Shown: positions 21,086-31,051 of the stretch, piece by piece
How positions within the stretch are numbered: position 1 is the first letter of the stretch
Layout: the number at the start of each line of letters is the position of its first letter
NCBI GenBank assembly: GCA_030529445.1
Contig: JAUMWW010000002.1
Span: 54,595-118,594, forward strand
Length of the DNA stretch: 64,000 nucleotides
Direction of reading: 5' to 3'
Origin: Johnsonella sp.
Lineage (GTDB): Bacteria; Bacillota; Clostridia; Lachnospirales; Lachnospiraceae
The notes under the pieces: generated by a model
What the model saw: only the letters and a program-made list of their open reading frames with translations
Database searches by the model: none
What the model was told of the DNA's origin: nothing
Position numbers and translations under genes: made by a program

Positions 21086-22465
21086 TTATAACCCTCTTTG
21101 AGCGTGGCTCCTTCCCTTCTTCTCTTCAAGCCCTCTCATATTTTTCCAAAGAAAATAGCTTCCGCTCAGCGCCGCAAGAAAATCCGTGACCGGATAGGTC
21201 ATCCACGCTCCTTGCATTCCAAATATTTTGGCAAGTATATAGAGCAGCGGGATGAATAAGAGCAGCTGCCTGTAGACGGACAGGAAGAAGCCGAGCCCCG
21301 CCTTCCCCACGGACTGGCAATAATAAATACATACATAGTAAAAGCTGATCACGGGAAAAATCATAATCGTAAAACGGAACACGGATACCGTTTCTTCCAA
21401 AAGCTCCGGATTTTTCATAAAGCTGCCGATGATCTGCCCCGTAAAAAGCAGAAACGCCGCCCATAAAAGCGCAGAGCTCAAAAGCACCATTAAGGAAGTG
21501 ATTTTAACGATCTTTTTCACCCTCGGATAATCGCCCGCCCCATAGCTATAGGCTGCCAGAGGCTGCATGCCGGCACTGATTCCGATGATCATGATATACA
21601 TAAACATCGATACTCTGGTAATCGCCCCTATGATAATAACCGCATCGTTGCCGCCGACGGGCAGGAGAATATTGTTCAGCGCGGCGATCAGAACGGCATC
21701 GGAAATCTCTACGATAAATGTCGCAAAGCCGACCGCAAGGATGATCCTCATCAAGCGCAGATTGCAGACGGGCTTTAGCAAAAAGCCGTGCAGCCTTCGA
21801 TAGATTCTTACCTTATACAGGGTATAGAGCAGGGCACAGAACTGTGAAAATAAAGTTGCGGCTGCCGCTCCCCTCACCCCCATCCCGTACTTCCCGACCA
21901 GAAGATAATCCGCCGCAATATTGGTCAAAGCGCCGATCGAGGTTGCAATCAGGGTGATCCCCGGATGCCCCAATGCGGTCATCTGATAACCGAATATATT
22001 CGTAAAGCCCAGAAAAAAAGTGCCGACGACAATAATATCAAGATAAGATTTTGACTGCTTCAGAATCTCTCCTCTTGCGCCGAGCATATTGAGAATCTGC
22101 GCGGAAAAAAGGTAAAAAAACAGGGGAACCAGCGCCAGAACGACAAAGCCGAGGCTAAGGGATGCGCCGATGTTTGCGCTGATGTTTTTATTGTTTTTTT
22201 CTCCCAGCGCCCGGGATACCGCAGTCGCACTTCCCACGCCGATCATCAAGGAAAGCGCGATGATCAGCCTCTGCACGGGAAAGGCGATTCCCAGAGCGCC
22301 TATCCCGGAAGCCCCCTGATGCGAAGCCCCCGCATAAAATCCGACGAAAAAAGTATCGACCATATTATAAAGCTCAGCCATCAGGATCGTGATTACCCCC
22401 GGTACGGCAAATCTGATCAATGCGAGCGGAATATTTTTTTGTGTAAAGCCGCTGTTTAGAGACAT
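21086..22465 (-). CDS. MATE-family multidrug efflux transporter
   Basis: 12 predicted TM segments and MATE duplicated-repeat architecture; 459 aa. Confidence 0.8.
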   Translation of the reverse strand: MSLNSGFTQKNIPLALIRFAVPGVITILMAELYNMVDTFFVGFYAGASHQGASGIGALGIAFPVQRLIIALSLMIGVGSATAVSRALGEKNNKNISANIGASLSLGFVVLALVPLFFYLFSAQILNMLGARGEILKQSKSYLDIIVVGTFFLGFTNIFGYQMTALGHPGITLIATSIGALTNIAADYLLVGKYGMGVRGAAAATLFSQFCALLYTLYKVRIYRRLHGFLLKPVCNLRLMRIILAVGFATFIVEISDAVLIAALNNILLPVGGNDAVIIIGAITRVSMFMYIMIIGISAGMQPLAAYSYGAGDYPRVKKIVKITSLMVLLSSALLWAAFLLFTGQIIGSFMKNPELLEETVSVFRFTIMIFPVISFYYVCIYYCQSVGKAGLGFFLSVYRQLLLFIPLLYILAKIFGMQGAWMTYPVTDFLAALSGSYFLWKNMRGLEEKKGRSHAQRGL

Positions 22466-22588
22466 CTTAAAAACCTTTCCTTAATTTATTGATATACCGA
22501 AAAAGCCGATACCTCTCGGTATTGGCTTTCTCAGCATAACATCTTATCTCTTATAAGTCCATCTCTTTTAGGCTCTTGTCTTATTCCC

Positions 22589-23521
22589 CTAAATTATGCC
22601 CCGGCTCTGCTTCCCGTCCGCAATCTCCTCCTCCGGAGGGCAATAGACCTGTATATGAGAGGGTAAAACCGCAATCTCTACCGGAAGCGCATCTCCCTCG
22701 TCTCCGTCAATATTGACCCTGAGAGCCTCATCTTCCTTCTGCTCTATCCTTGCTTCCTTAAACCTGATATATTCGACATTGCCGACGGACTCATCGATCC
22801 CGATGAGGAGGTCGGGCACCGCCTTTATCGTATCGAGCAGAGTTTCGTCCTTGATATAAATCATATGCAAAAGCCCGTCATTGACTTGGGCTTCGGGCAA
22901 AATCCCCTCGAATCCCCCGATGGAATTGGTCAAGCCGATCAGCAGAATGCTGCTTCTTATCTCTCTCTTTTCTCCGTCGATCTCGAGGAGGAAAGCATAG
23001 GAACGGGAGGAGATGATTTTTTTAAAGCCTGCCATAAAATAGGCGAGCTTGCCCCATCTTGTTTTTTCCTCGGATTCCACGGTATTGATTGCCTCGGGGA
23101 TGGCGCCTATCGCCACCACATTCATGAAATACCCCTCGTTTACCCTGCCGATATCCATTGATCTCAGGCAAAATCGGTCGAAGCTTTCGATTGCCTTATC
23201 GGGATTCAGCGGAATATGCAGCGCCCTTGCCAGATCATTGACCGTGCCGAGAGGAAAAAATCCGAATGCCGGTCTGTATTCCTCCTGTGCAATTCCCCCT
23301 ATCCCCTCATTCACCGTACCGTCTCCGCCCATGACAAAGACCGCCTTATATCGTTCTCTCGCCGCCTCCTTGGCAAAGAGGAAGGCATCCTTGGCTTTTT
23401 TCGTGTATCTGACTTCTACCTCCTCAAATCTGCTCCGAAGCTTGGAAAGAACCTTATCTTCGTAATTTTTTGCCTTTTCTCCACCCGAACTCGGATTAAT
23501 AATCAGCAAAGCCTTCTCCAT
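22589..23521 (-). CDS. Diacylglycerol-kinase-family lipid kinase (YegS/BmrU-like)
   Basis: GGDGTVNEG catalytic motif; DAGK_cat fold; 310 aa. Confidence 0.8.
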   Translation of the reverse strand: MEKALLIINPSSGGEKAKNYEDKVLSKLRSRFEEVEVRYTKKAKDAFLFAKEAARERYKAVFVMGGDGTVNEGIGGIAQEEYRPAFGFFPLGTVNDLARALHIPLNPDKAIESFDRFCLRSMDIGRVNEGYFMNVVAIGAIPEAINTVESEEKTRWGKLAYFMAGFKKIISSRSYAFLLEIDGEKREIRSSILLIGLTNSIGGFEGILPEAQVNDGLLHMIYIKDETLLDTIKAVPDLLIGIDESVGNVEYIRFKEARIEQKEDEALRVNIDGDEGDALPVEIAVLPSHIQVYCPPEEEIADGKQSRGII

Positions 23522-23590
23522 ACATTTACCTCTCCTATGATCAAAAAGACGGATTTTTCATTTTTTTCTCTCTTCCCCCGCAGAATGATT

Positions 23591-24814
23591 CTACTCATAG
23601 CGCAGAGCCACGATGGGATCTCTCTTTGCCGCTTTCAGCGCGGGATATATTCCGAAAAAGACTCCGACCAAAGCAGAAAAGCCTACCGCAATCAATACGA
23701 CGACGGGCTTAACCACAACAGCCTGACCGAATGCCGCTCCGGCAATCGAGACCAGCCCCACGGCAATCGCAATCCCTATCATCCCTCCGATCGCAGATAA
23801 AAACGCCGATTCCACCAGAAACTGCGTAAGAATATCTCCCGTCGTCGCCCCGAGCGCCTTTCTCGTACCGATCTCCCTCGTCCTTTCGGTCACCGATACG
23901 AGCATGATATTCATGATCCCTATGCCGCCCACCAAAAGGGAGATTGCGGCAATTCCTCCGATCGCAACCGAAACGCCTCCGAGAAAAGCGTTGACCTGCT
24001 CCATTTCATTGATTACCGAATAGAATTCAACCTCCTCCGGTGTTCTTCCCTTTACTCTTGCAATATATTTCCGAAATTCCGTCTGAAAGCTCTGAATCTG
24101 CGCCGTCGTAAATTCCGTATTGGAAAAGCAGCGCATCATATAATAGCTTCCCCACTCCGGAACATCGAACATGCTGGCGGGAATCATGACCTGGGAAGTC
24201 AAATCGTTTCCCGCTCCTCCCAATAATGCTTTCTGCATCGGAGAGAGCGTCATCCGATAGACTCCGACTACCGTAAATTCGGTCATATCGTTATAAAAGG
24301 GAACCCTGAAGCTCCTCCCTACGGCATTTTCCGTTCCGAACATTTTTTTTGCAGCCGTATCCTCAATCACGCAGACATGCTTGACCTCGCTGATATCCGA
24401 TTTGTTCAGAAACCTTCCGTGCAGCATTTCCATCGGCTGGAGATCGATAAAGCCGGATCTCACGCCCTGCAGCTCGACCTTATGTGTTCCCAGCTTGGTC
24501 TTGACATCCGCAGCTCTGCTTCTGTTGAAATCGATATATATGAGCTCTTCCTCAAAAACCTCCAGGTATTTCTTCATTTCTTCCGGGGTAAAGGCATCCG
24601 AAGTCCTGTATTCATCCACATTCATATATACAAAGAGCTGCGTTTTTCCAACATCCTCATAGATGCTGGCTACCAGCCCCCTGATCGTATCCCCTATCGA
24701 GGTGATGGCGATCACCGAGCCGATTCCGATAATAATGCCAAGCATCGTCAAAAACGAGCGCAGCTTATTGGCAAGCAGGGCGGAAAGCGCCATCTTAATA
24801 TTTTCCAGTAACAT
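23591..24814 (-). CDS. ABC transporter permease, FtsX/MacB type
   Basis: N-terminal TM helix, large extracytoplasmic domain, then a C-terminal 3-TM FtsX domain. Confidence 0.8.
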   Translation of the reverse strand: MLLENIKMALSALLANKLRSFLTMLGIIIGIGSVIAITSIGDTIRGLVASIYEDVGKTQLFVYMNVDEYRTSDAFTPEEMKKYLEVFEEELIYIDFNRSRAADVKTKLGTHKVELQGVRSGFIDLQPMEMLHGRFLNKSDISEVKHVCVIEDTAAKKMFGTENAVGRSFRVPFYNDMTEFTVVGVYRMTLSPMQKALLGGAGNDLTSQVMIPASMFDVPEWGSYYMMRCFSNTEFTTAQIQSFQTEFRKYIARVKGRTPEEVEFYSVINEMEQVNAFLGGVSVAIGGIAAISLLVGGIGIMNIMLVSVTERTREIGTRKALGATTGDILTQFLVESAFLSAIGGMIGIAIAVGLVSIAGAAFGQAVVVKPVVVLIAVGFSALVGVFFGIYPALKAAKRDPIVALRYE

Positions 24815-24824
24815 CGTCCTTCTC

Positions 24825-25559
24825 CTAACTTAATCGATCGCCGAGCCCCGCAGCCTCGCGGATCGGAGTTGGGTTCTCGTTTCTGATATCGCTTTCGAGC
24901 CTCCCGTCCTTAAAGGTCAGTATTCTATGCGTATATGCGGCAATATTATCTTCATGTGTGACAACGACAACGGTAGATCCTGCTCTGTGCAGCCTCGCAA
25001 AGATCTCCATGATCTCCAGGGAAGCTTGAGAATCAAGATTTCCGGTCGGTTCGTCCGCCAGAATCAGCGGAGGATCGTTGGCAAGCGCTCTGGCAATCGC
25101 AACCCTCTGCCTCTGTCCTCCCGAAAGCTCGTTCGGCTCATGATCCGTTCTGGATCCGAGACCGACAAGCTCAAGCAGCTCCCTGGCTCTCTTTCTCCTT
25201 TCAGCCGGTCTCTTCTTTGCATAGATCATCGGCACCTCTACATTTTTAAGCACCGACATCCGGCTGATCAGATTAAAGGATTGAAAAACAAAGCCGATTT
25301 TTTGATTCCTCACCCTGCTCAGCTCGTCATCGCTCATCTCCTCCACATCGATTCCGTCAAGCTGATAATTCCCCAAGGTCGGTCTGTCCAGGCAGCCGAG
25401 TATATTCAGCAGGGTCGATTTCCCGGAGCCCGATCTTCCCATTACGGCGACAAACTCTCCCTGCCTGATATCAAGATCGATTCGATTCAGTCCGAGCACC
25501 TTGATTGCCCCGGTATCATAGATCTTTACCAAATCCCTAAGCCTGATTATCTCCCTCAT
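24825..25559 (-). CDS. ABC transporter ATP-binding protein (MacB/LolD type)
   Basis: Walker [11 protein letters not shown], signature LSGGQRQR, Walker B ILADEPTG. Confidence 0.9.
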   Translation of the reverse strand: MREIIRLRDLVKIYDTGAIKVLGLNRIDLDIRQGEFVAVMGRSGSGKSTLLNILGCLDRPTLGNYQLDGIDVEEMSDDELSRVRNQKIGFVFQSFNLISRMSVLKNVEVPMIYAKKRPAERRKRARELLELVGLGSRTDHEPNELSGGQRQRVAIARALANDPPLILADEPTGNLDSQASLEIMEIFARLHRAGSTVVVVTHEDNIAAYTHRILTFKDGRLESDIRNENPTPIREAAGLGDRLS

Positions 25560-25564
25560 ACGCC

Positions 25565-27073
25565 CTATTCTCCCGACTTGCTTTCCGAGGGGGAGGCAGC
25601 CTTTTGCCCGCCCTCCTCCTGCAGAGGAGAGTCGTTTTTGTTCAAAGAGGTGCCGCTCTCAAATCGGATCTTTGCGCCCTCCGTAAGATTGGAATCATAG
25701 GTCTTCAGGTACCTCGCCTCATGCTCCATCCCCTGATTTACAAAAGGATCCTCCAGAAGCTCTATATCCATCTCTCCCTCTATGCCCGTGGATACGGGAA
25801 GGATTCTGATGCTTCCCATTCCCTCTCCTTCTATGGAGATGAACTGCATCACGCTCTGCCCCGTTCCGTCGTCTCCTATTGCGGAAATCGGGACAACCAG
25901 AGTATCTTCTTTTTCTTCCAGCAATATTTCCGCCCTTGCGTTGATTCCGGAAATCAGACCGCTTCCCTCTTTACTGATCCTGACGGTAACCGGGATCACT
26001 CTCTCCGAAGCCGATCCCTCCTTGATTTCTCCGGAGGGGCTGATGCTGATCACCTCTCCCTCCACACTCTTGTCTTTTCCCAGAATATCGGCGGAAACGC
26101 TGACTTTTTGCCCTATCTTTATCTTTCCTATGCTGTATTCGCTGACCAGAAGTTTTACCTCGAGCTTATCGAGCTTCTCAATCGTAATCAGAGGAGTATT
26201 TCTATTGTCCACATAATCGGCAAATTTTCCGACCTTGGTATTGACTCTTGTTACGGTTCCGCTGATCGGAGCGATCAGGGTCGCGCTCTCCAGCTTTTTT
26301 TCCACTCTGTCCAGCTCAAGCTTTGCATTATTTACCTGAATCTCCATCGATTCGTCGGCAAGCACCTTTCCGCCCTTGACCGTAAACGAAGAGAGTTCGA
26401 GATTCGCCTGATGAAGCTCTTCGGAAGCCTTTTCAAGCTCCGCCTGAGCAAGCGCTCCCTCCGCCGCAAGCGCGGAAAGCCTGTTATAATTGTTCTGGGC
26501 AAGGCTCTGCGCTCCCGCCGCCTTATCATATGCATTCTGCCGGTCACGCTCTCTTTCATCCCTCTGATAAAGCGCAAGCTCATATTGCCCCTTCGCCCTC
26601 TCCACTTCGTTCAGCAGCTCCTCCGTATCGATTTTTGCAAGCACGGTGACGCCTTCCCTGACCTCATCCCCCTCCTTCACGTTGATCTCCGTGATTTTGG
26701 AATGAAGATTGGAGGTGATATCCACGCTGTCCGTACCCTCCACCGGTCCGGTAACGGAAACAGTCTGCTCTATCCTTCCCTTGGAAAGCAGAGCCGTTTC
26801 TACGACCGGAAGCGCCGCATTTCCCGCACTCATCGAACGCAGAATGAAAAAGACCGAGATGAGGATGAATGCAAAAACTCCGATCAGAATAAATTTCTTC
26901 TTTCCCCTCTTCTTCGGCTTTTTCTTCTTCCCCTCCTGATTTTCCTGCATGATCCTGTCGATTTCGGAAGCTGTCTTATCCTCCGCTTTGCTCTCCTGAA
27001 TTCTTCCTATATCCGTCATACTTACCTCCGATCCCCATACTTTCTTTCTGACTATCTTAACATATCGATCCAC
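25565..27073 (-). CDS. HlyD/MacA-family periplasmic adaptor (membrane fusion protein)
   Basis: Lys-rich N-terminal cytoplasmic region, TM helix, long coiled coils, beta-barrel/MP domains. Forms a tripartite-type exporter with the two downstream genes. Confidence 0.75.
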   Translation of the reverse strand: MDRYVKIVRKKVWGSEVSMTDIGRIQESKAEDKTASEIDRIMQENQEGKKKKPKKRGKKKFILIGVFAFILISVFFILRSMSAGNAALPVVETALLSKGRIEQTVSVTGPVEGTDSVDITSNLHSKITEINVKEGDEVREGVTVLAKIDTEELLNEVERAKGQYELALYQRDERERDRQNAYDKAAGAQSLAQNNYNRLSALAAEGALAQAELEKASEELHQANLELSSFTVKGGKVLADESMEIQVNNAKLELDRVEKKLESATLIAPISGTVTRVNTKVGKFADYVDNRNTPLITIEKLDKLEVKLLVSEYSIGKIKIGQKVSVSADILGKDKSVEGEVISISPSGEIKEGSASERVIPVTVRISKEGSGLISGINARAEILLEEKEDTLVVPISAIGDDGTGQSVMQFISIEGEGMGSIRILPVSTGIEGEMDIELLEDPFVNQGMEHEARYLKTYDSNLTEGAKIRFESGTSLNKNDSPLQEEGGQKAASPSESKSGE

Positions 27074-27137
27074 ATTTACAATTAAGTTTTATTAAAAGTA
27101 AATATAAAAATCTTTAACGGATCTAAAAAAATCTTTC

Positions 27138-27875
27138 TTATTTGATAAAGAGCGCTCTTCCCTTTTCCTCGCCCTCATAGCGAAATCCCGCAAACTCGAT
27201 CTTCCTGATTTCTTCGATATTCTCCACCCGATTGCGCATCAAATAGCTTAAAAGCTCTCCTCTCGCCTTTTTGGAAACGGTGGAATGCACTCTTAGCCCG
27301 GACTGCGTTCTTTCTTTAAAGAGAGGGCTGATCCAATGCCTTGTTTTTTCCTTTGAAAACACGGATTCGAATTCTTCGGAAAGCAGGGAAAGAACCTCTT
27401 TCTCCCCGGCAATTTCCTTTTCAAACTCCTCTCTCCAATACTGCTTCAGACTCCTGCCCTCTATTTTGATATTCTGCAAAAAATCCAGTCTATGCTCGGA
27501 GATCAGTGTATAGGGCGGAATCATTCCGTATAAGGAGGAGCAGATCAGGACATTTTTTTGCAGATAATCCTCTTCCTCGCTTGAAAGCCCCCCTCTGGAA
27601 ATGCTGCGGTACATTAAGCCGTCGAATAAGAGGATTGCCGGATACATGGCGGCAGTTCCCTCCTTGATTTGATCAAATCTCTCCTTTTCTTTTTTTGCCT
27701 GCTCTTCTTTTATTTTATAAAGCCGGGCAAGCTCTCCCGTGCTCATTTGCGAAAGCCTCTCAATAATTTTCCTTGTTTTTTCTTTCACCGGCTCGAAGTG
27801 CTTCGGAGAAAGCGTTTTACTCATATCCTTTGCCGTCGGTATTAAGATCTTCATTGCGTTTTTCTCCCTTTTCAT
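27138..27875 (-). CDS. yaaA: YaaA-family (UPF0246/DUF328) peroxide-stress protein
   Basis: MKILIPTAKDM N-terminal signature and YaaA family length. Confidence 0.75.
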   Translation of the reverse strand: MKREKNAMKILIPTAKDMSKTLSPKHFEPVKEKTRKIIERLSQMSTGELARLYKIKEEQAKKEKERFDQIKEGTAAMYPAILLFDGLMYRSISRGGLSSEEEDYLQKNVLICSSLYGMIPPYTLISEHRLDFLQNIKIEGRSLKQYWREEFEKEIAGEKEVLSLLSEEFESVFSKEKTRHWISPLFKERTQSGLRVHSTVSKKARGELLSYLMRNRVENIEEIRKIEFAGFRYEGEEKGRALFIK

Positions 27876-27911
27876 TTTTCCGGAAACTTTTCCCTTCTCT
27901 TTTTATTTGAT

Positions 27912-27940
27912 AAAAAAAGAAACCGAAGCCGGTTTCTTTT
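27912..27940. terminator. Bidirectional intrinsic terminator (gaaaccg-aagc-cggtttc) flanked by A- and T-tracts
   Basis: Perfect 7-bp GC-containing stem with A7 upstream and T4 downstream. It terminates the tRNA operon on the minus strand. Confidence 0.6.
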
Positions 27941-27944
27941 CTTA

Positions 27945-28017
27945 AGCTCATGGCCGGACTCGAACCGGCGACCTACTCATTACGAATGAGTTGCGCTACC
28001 AACTGCGCCACATAAGC
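27945..28017 (-). tRNA. tRNA-Thr (anticodon CGU)
   Basis: Reverse complement GCTTATGTGGCGCAGTTGGTAGCGCAACTCATTCGTAATGAGTAGGTCGCCGGTTCGAGTCCGGCCATGAGCT. Cloverleaf with anticodon loop TTCGTAA. No encoded CCA. Confidence 0.8.
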
Positions 28018-28059
28018 ATTCTTTATAAAAAATGCTTTGAGCGGCAGCCCAAAGCAAAA

Positions 28060-28131
28060 TGACCAATCCGGGAATCGAACCCGGGTTTGCGCCGTGAGAG
28101 GGCGCCGTCTTAGCCGCTTGACCAATTGGCC
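28060..28131 (-). tRNA. tRNA-Glu (anticodon CUC)
   Basis: Reverse complement GGCCAATTGGTCAAGCGGCTAAGACGGCGCCCTCTCACGGCGCAAACCCGGGTTCGATTCCCGGATTGGTCA. Closely resembles Gram-positive tRNA-Glu; anticodon loop CTCTCAC. Confidence 0.8.
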
Positions 28132-28139
28132 ATATATAG

Positions 28140-28213
28140 TCGAGGCGACAAGATTTGAACTTGCGGCCTCAGCGTCCCGAACGCTGCGCTCTACCAAACT
28201 GAGCCACGCCTCG
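28140..28213 (-). tRNA. tRNA-Pro (anticodon CGG)
   Basis: Reverse complement CGAGGCGTGGCTCAGTTTGGTAGAGCGCAGCGTTCGGGACGCTGAGGCCGCAAGTTCAAATCTTGTCGCCTCGA. C1-G72 acceptor pair typical of tRNA-Pro; anticodon loop TTCGGGA. Confidence 0.8.
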
Positions 28214-28441
28214 ATTACGTTACCTTGGGTAGTATAAAGGATAATCTCCGATCTGTCAATAACTTTTTTCATTTTTTTATTTCCGGATCGGAGATTAGGT
28301 TTTTATTTTGCGCCGCCCTCTTGTCTTCTCCCGCTTTCCGCCTTATTTTGCGGGCTTTGAGAAGATCCGAGGGCAGGCAGCATTCTTCGTCGGATGATTT
28401 TTTAAAATTGATCCGGTCTTTTTCTCAAAAAATTTCTACCG

Positions 28442-29629
28442 CTATTCTTTAAAGATCGAGTTTTTAAGCATTTCCTTCGCCTCTTCTTCGCTCAGCTCAT
28501 AATGATAGAAAAGCTGGTAAAACTCCCTTGCCTGCTCCACCATATCATATGGATATTCTTCCGGGAAGAGCAGACTTCCCAGCCATTGCATTCCGAGAAT
28601 CCTGTTTACCGAGGGCGGTCTTCCCACCCAGTTATAGGGCAGAGAGGGTGCAAGATATACCTTTTTATTCTTCACCGCCTCCAGGCTCGACCATGCGGCA
28701 TCCGACAATATTAATTCATATACTTTTTCGTCTGCCGTGATAATCACATCCGGAGCCCAGTTGATGAGCTGCTCCATCGATACTTCCGCTCCGCTCTTGC
28801 TTCCCTTTTCCAGCTTTGCCACATTCTCCGCGCCGAGGAATTCTATGGTTTCCGAATGGATGGATTCCGCTCCTATCGTCGTAAGTCCGTTTTCACCCTC
28901 GGCATAAAACACCTTCGGCTTGGTCGTGACTTTTTGAGCATTGCTCCTTGCCAGATCCAGAGCTTCCTTGCAGTACTGCGAAAGCTTATTTGCCTGCTCC
29001 TCTTCTCCTAAAATTTTGCCCAGCGTAATATACGCCTCCGGAAGCTTCTCAAATGTTGCCTCGATAAATACGGTCGGTATCCCGGTCTGGGTCTGTATCG
29101 TATCCATCCCTTCCTTGATATCATCCTTCGGCTCTCCGAGATCTATGACAAGCACAGGTCCCGCCGCAATCAGCGCCTCCATGTTCAGATTTGCATTCTT
29201 TCCGTAAAATGCGCCGAATTCCGGCTTTTCCGCATACTTTTCTGCGATATACTTCATCTGCTCTTCTTTCGGCTTCGAACCCCAGCCCACCATTTTATCT
29301 GGAGCGACGGAATAAAGCATAATTTGCGCCAAATATCCGGAGGGGGCTATTTTCTCTATCTTTTCCGGAATTTCAACTTCTCTTCCTATTGAGTCCGTAA
29401 ACATCACCGTCCCGGATTCCTGCTCCTTCCCGGATTCTTTTGAGGCTTCCTGCGAAGTCTGCTCCGCGCTTTCCTGCGCTTGGCTGCTCTGCGCGCTCTG
29501 CTTTGCAGTCGCTTCCTCTTTGCTTGTCTGTTCCTGCGCTGTCTGACTCTGTGTGTTCTGCTGATTTGCACAGCCCGGTACGGAAATCACGATTCCGATC
29601 AGCAGGGGTAACCAAAATCTCTTCATCAC
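28442..29629 (-). CDS. ABC transporter substrate-binding lipoprotein, cluster-8 class (iron-siderophore/corrinoid type, FecB/BtuF-like)
   Basis: Lipobox (VPGCANQ). Q/S/E-rich linker. Bilobed PBP fold with the GAESIHSE / LAPSLPYNW region typical of Fe3+-hydroxamate/B12 binding proteins. Confidence 0.7.
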   Translation of the reverse strand: MMKRFWLPLLIGIVISVPGCANQQNTQSQTAQEQTSKEEATAKQSAQSSQAQESAEQTSQEASKESGKEQESGTVMFTDSIGREVEIPEKIEKIAPSGYLAQIMLYSVAPDKMVGWGSKPKEEQMKYIAEKYAEKPEFGAFYGKNANLNMEALIAAGPVLVIDLGEPKDDIKEGMDTIQTQTGIPTVFIEATFEKLPEAYITLGKILGEEEQANKLSQYCKEALDLARSNAQKVTTKPKVFYAEGENGLTTIGAESIHSETIEFLGAENVAKLEKGSKSGAEVSMEQLINWAPDVIITADEKVYELILSDAAWSSLEAVKNKKVYLAPSLPYNWVGRPPSVNRILGMQWLGSLLFPEEYPYDMVEQAREFYQLFYHYELSEEEAKEMLKNSIFKE

Positions 29630-29678
29630 TTTTTCCTCCTCATTTTATTTTATACCGCAGCCAAATCAGGCTGCGTGA

Positions 29679-30242
29679 TTAAACATTTTCCAATACCCGG
29701 TAATAACTCTTTCCGGCACAGTTTTTGCACATGGTCTTCCCGTCTTTTACGAGCTCTTTTCTGTCAATGATCTCTTCCCCGCAGATAGCGCAGCTTGTCG
29801 CTCCGATCGGTTTTCCCGGTCTGTCCTCCGCTCTGATTTCTATCTCTATTTTTTTTACCGAAAACAGTTCTTCGTTTTTCAGATCCGCAAAAAACTGCGC
29901 GATATCTTCCCCCTCGGGAGGATATATGCAGGATTTCCTGTAAATCCTGTACCCTTCCCCGGTATCCATATTGATAAAGCTGCATGCCGTTTTTCCGTAG
30001 TCCAGAAATACAAACCTTCTTTTCCCCGCTTTGCAGCCCGTAACGCTCATGATGGAATCCGCTATGCAGCGATCCGTTTCCACATATATTTTTAAGTTCT
30101 TATAATCTTCTTTTACTCCGAGATGAAGCAGCTCTATCGCATATAGAGCCATCTTCACCCCAATTGCCTGCCCCGAGCAAAGATGCCCGTGATAAGCCGT
30201 CGCCTGATCCAATTTTTTCAAATAATAGTTTTTATCGAACAT
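29679..30242 (-). CDS. FmdE-family protein with C-terminal zinc ribbon
   Basis: AYHGHLC...GVKMA N-terminal FmdE/FwdE-like domain. CAICGEEI...CKNCAG CxxC-N-CxxC ribbon. Confidence 0.6.
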   Translation of the reverse strand: MFDKNYYLKKLDQATAYHGHLCSGQAIGVKMALYAIELLHLGVKEDYKNLKIYVETDRCIADSIMSVTGCKAGKRRFVFLDYGKTACSFINMDTGEGYRIYRKSCIYPPEGEDIAQFFADLKNEELFSVKKIEIEIRAEDRPGKPIGATSCAICGEEIIDRKELVKDGKTMCKNCAGKSYYRVLENV

Positions 30243-30243
30243 C

Positions 30244-31002
30244 TCAACTCCTTTCTTTTTCTTTTGCAGCCTTCCTGATGATCAGGATGCTGATTCTTTT
30301 GTCAACGCTGATAAAAAACCGAAAGCCTTCATTTAATATTCTGTATTCTTCCTTTAATCTGCTCTCCTCGATGATTTCCTGTATTTCGCTTTCGGTGTTT
30401 TGAGTATAGGAGTGCAAAAAATTTCTCGCATCCTCCTCATCTCTTAAATACTGACCGTTTTCACATTGCAGCTCTATTTTCTCGTATTCCAGATTTTCAC
30501 TGTCGAGATAAGGGCAGATCGTATCCGCATTCTCTTTTCCTCTCCTGACGTCATCATCCGTATTCATCCCACTGTATTCGGTGGTATTTACGATTAAAAT
30601 CACTCCCTCCTTCGCCATGGAAAGAATCTTTTTTAAATCCCTCGTCGGTCTTAAGAAAAATTTTGCGACCATATAATCCCTGTCATAAAAACAGCTCTCG
30701 TAAATATCCGTTCTTATCGGAATAATATTTTTTATCTTCCGCTTTTTGATGTTTGCCGCCAAAACATCGAGGACTTTGCTTTGGATATCGGCTGCAATCA
30801 CGCTATCCGCATATTTTGACATTGCAAGGGAGAAATACCCGGTGCCGCATCCTAATTCCGCCACTTTTTTCCCTTCTATATAGGGTTTGATTTTTTCAAC
30901 GATTTTTTCGCTGATTTGATTGCTTTCATTGCATACGATATTCCAATATATCTTATCCTCGTTCCAATGAAACATGGTTTTTTCCTCTCCCATTTCTGCC
31001 AC
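30244..31002 (-). CDS. Class I SAM-dependent methyltransferase
   Basis: Motif I VAELGCGTGYFSLAMS; acidic residue after beta2 (AADIQ); 252 aa. Embedded between the transporter genes. Confidence 0.75.
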   Translation of the reverse strand: MAEMGEEKTMFHWNEDKIYWNIVCNESNQISEKIVEKIKPYIEGKKVAELGCGTGYFSLAMSKYADSVIAADIQSKVLDVLAANIKKRKIKNIIPIRTDIYESCFYDRDYMVAKFFLRPTRDLKKILSMAKEGVILIVNTTEYSGMNTDDDVRRGKENADTICPYLDSENLEYEKIELQCENGQYLRDEEDARNFLHSYTQNTESEIQEIIEESRLKEEYRILNEGFRFFISVDKRISILIIRKAAKEKERS

Positions 31003-31051
31003 CTTTCGCCCAGCCGGGACTCATCCGCTCTCCTCCCTCATCCCGGATGAA

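Noticed and set aside
25604-27085. 493-aa + strand ORF
   Set aside because: Antisense to the HlyD-family adaptor gene; Arg/Leu-rich junk translation.
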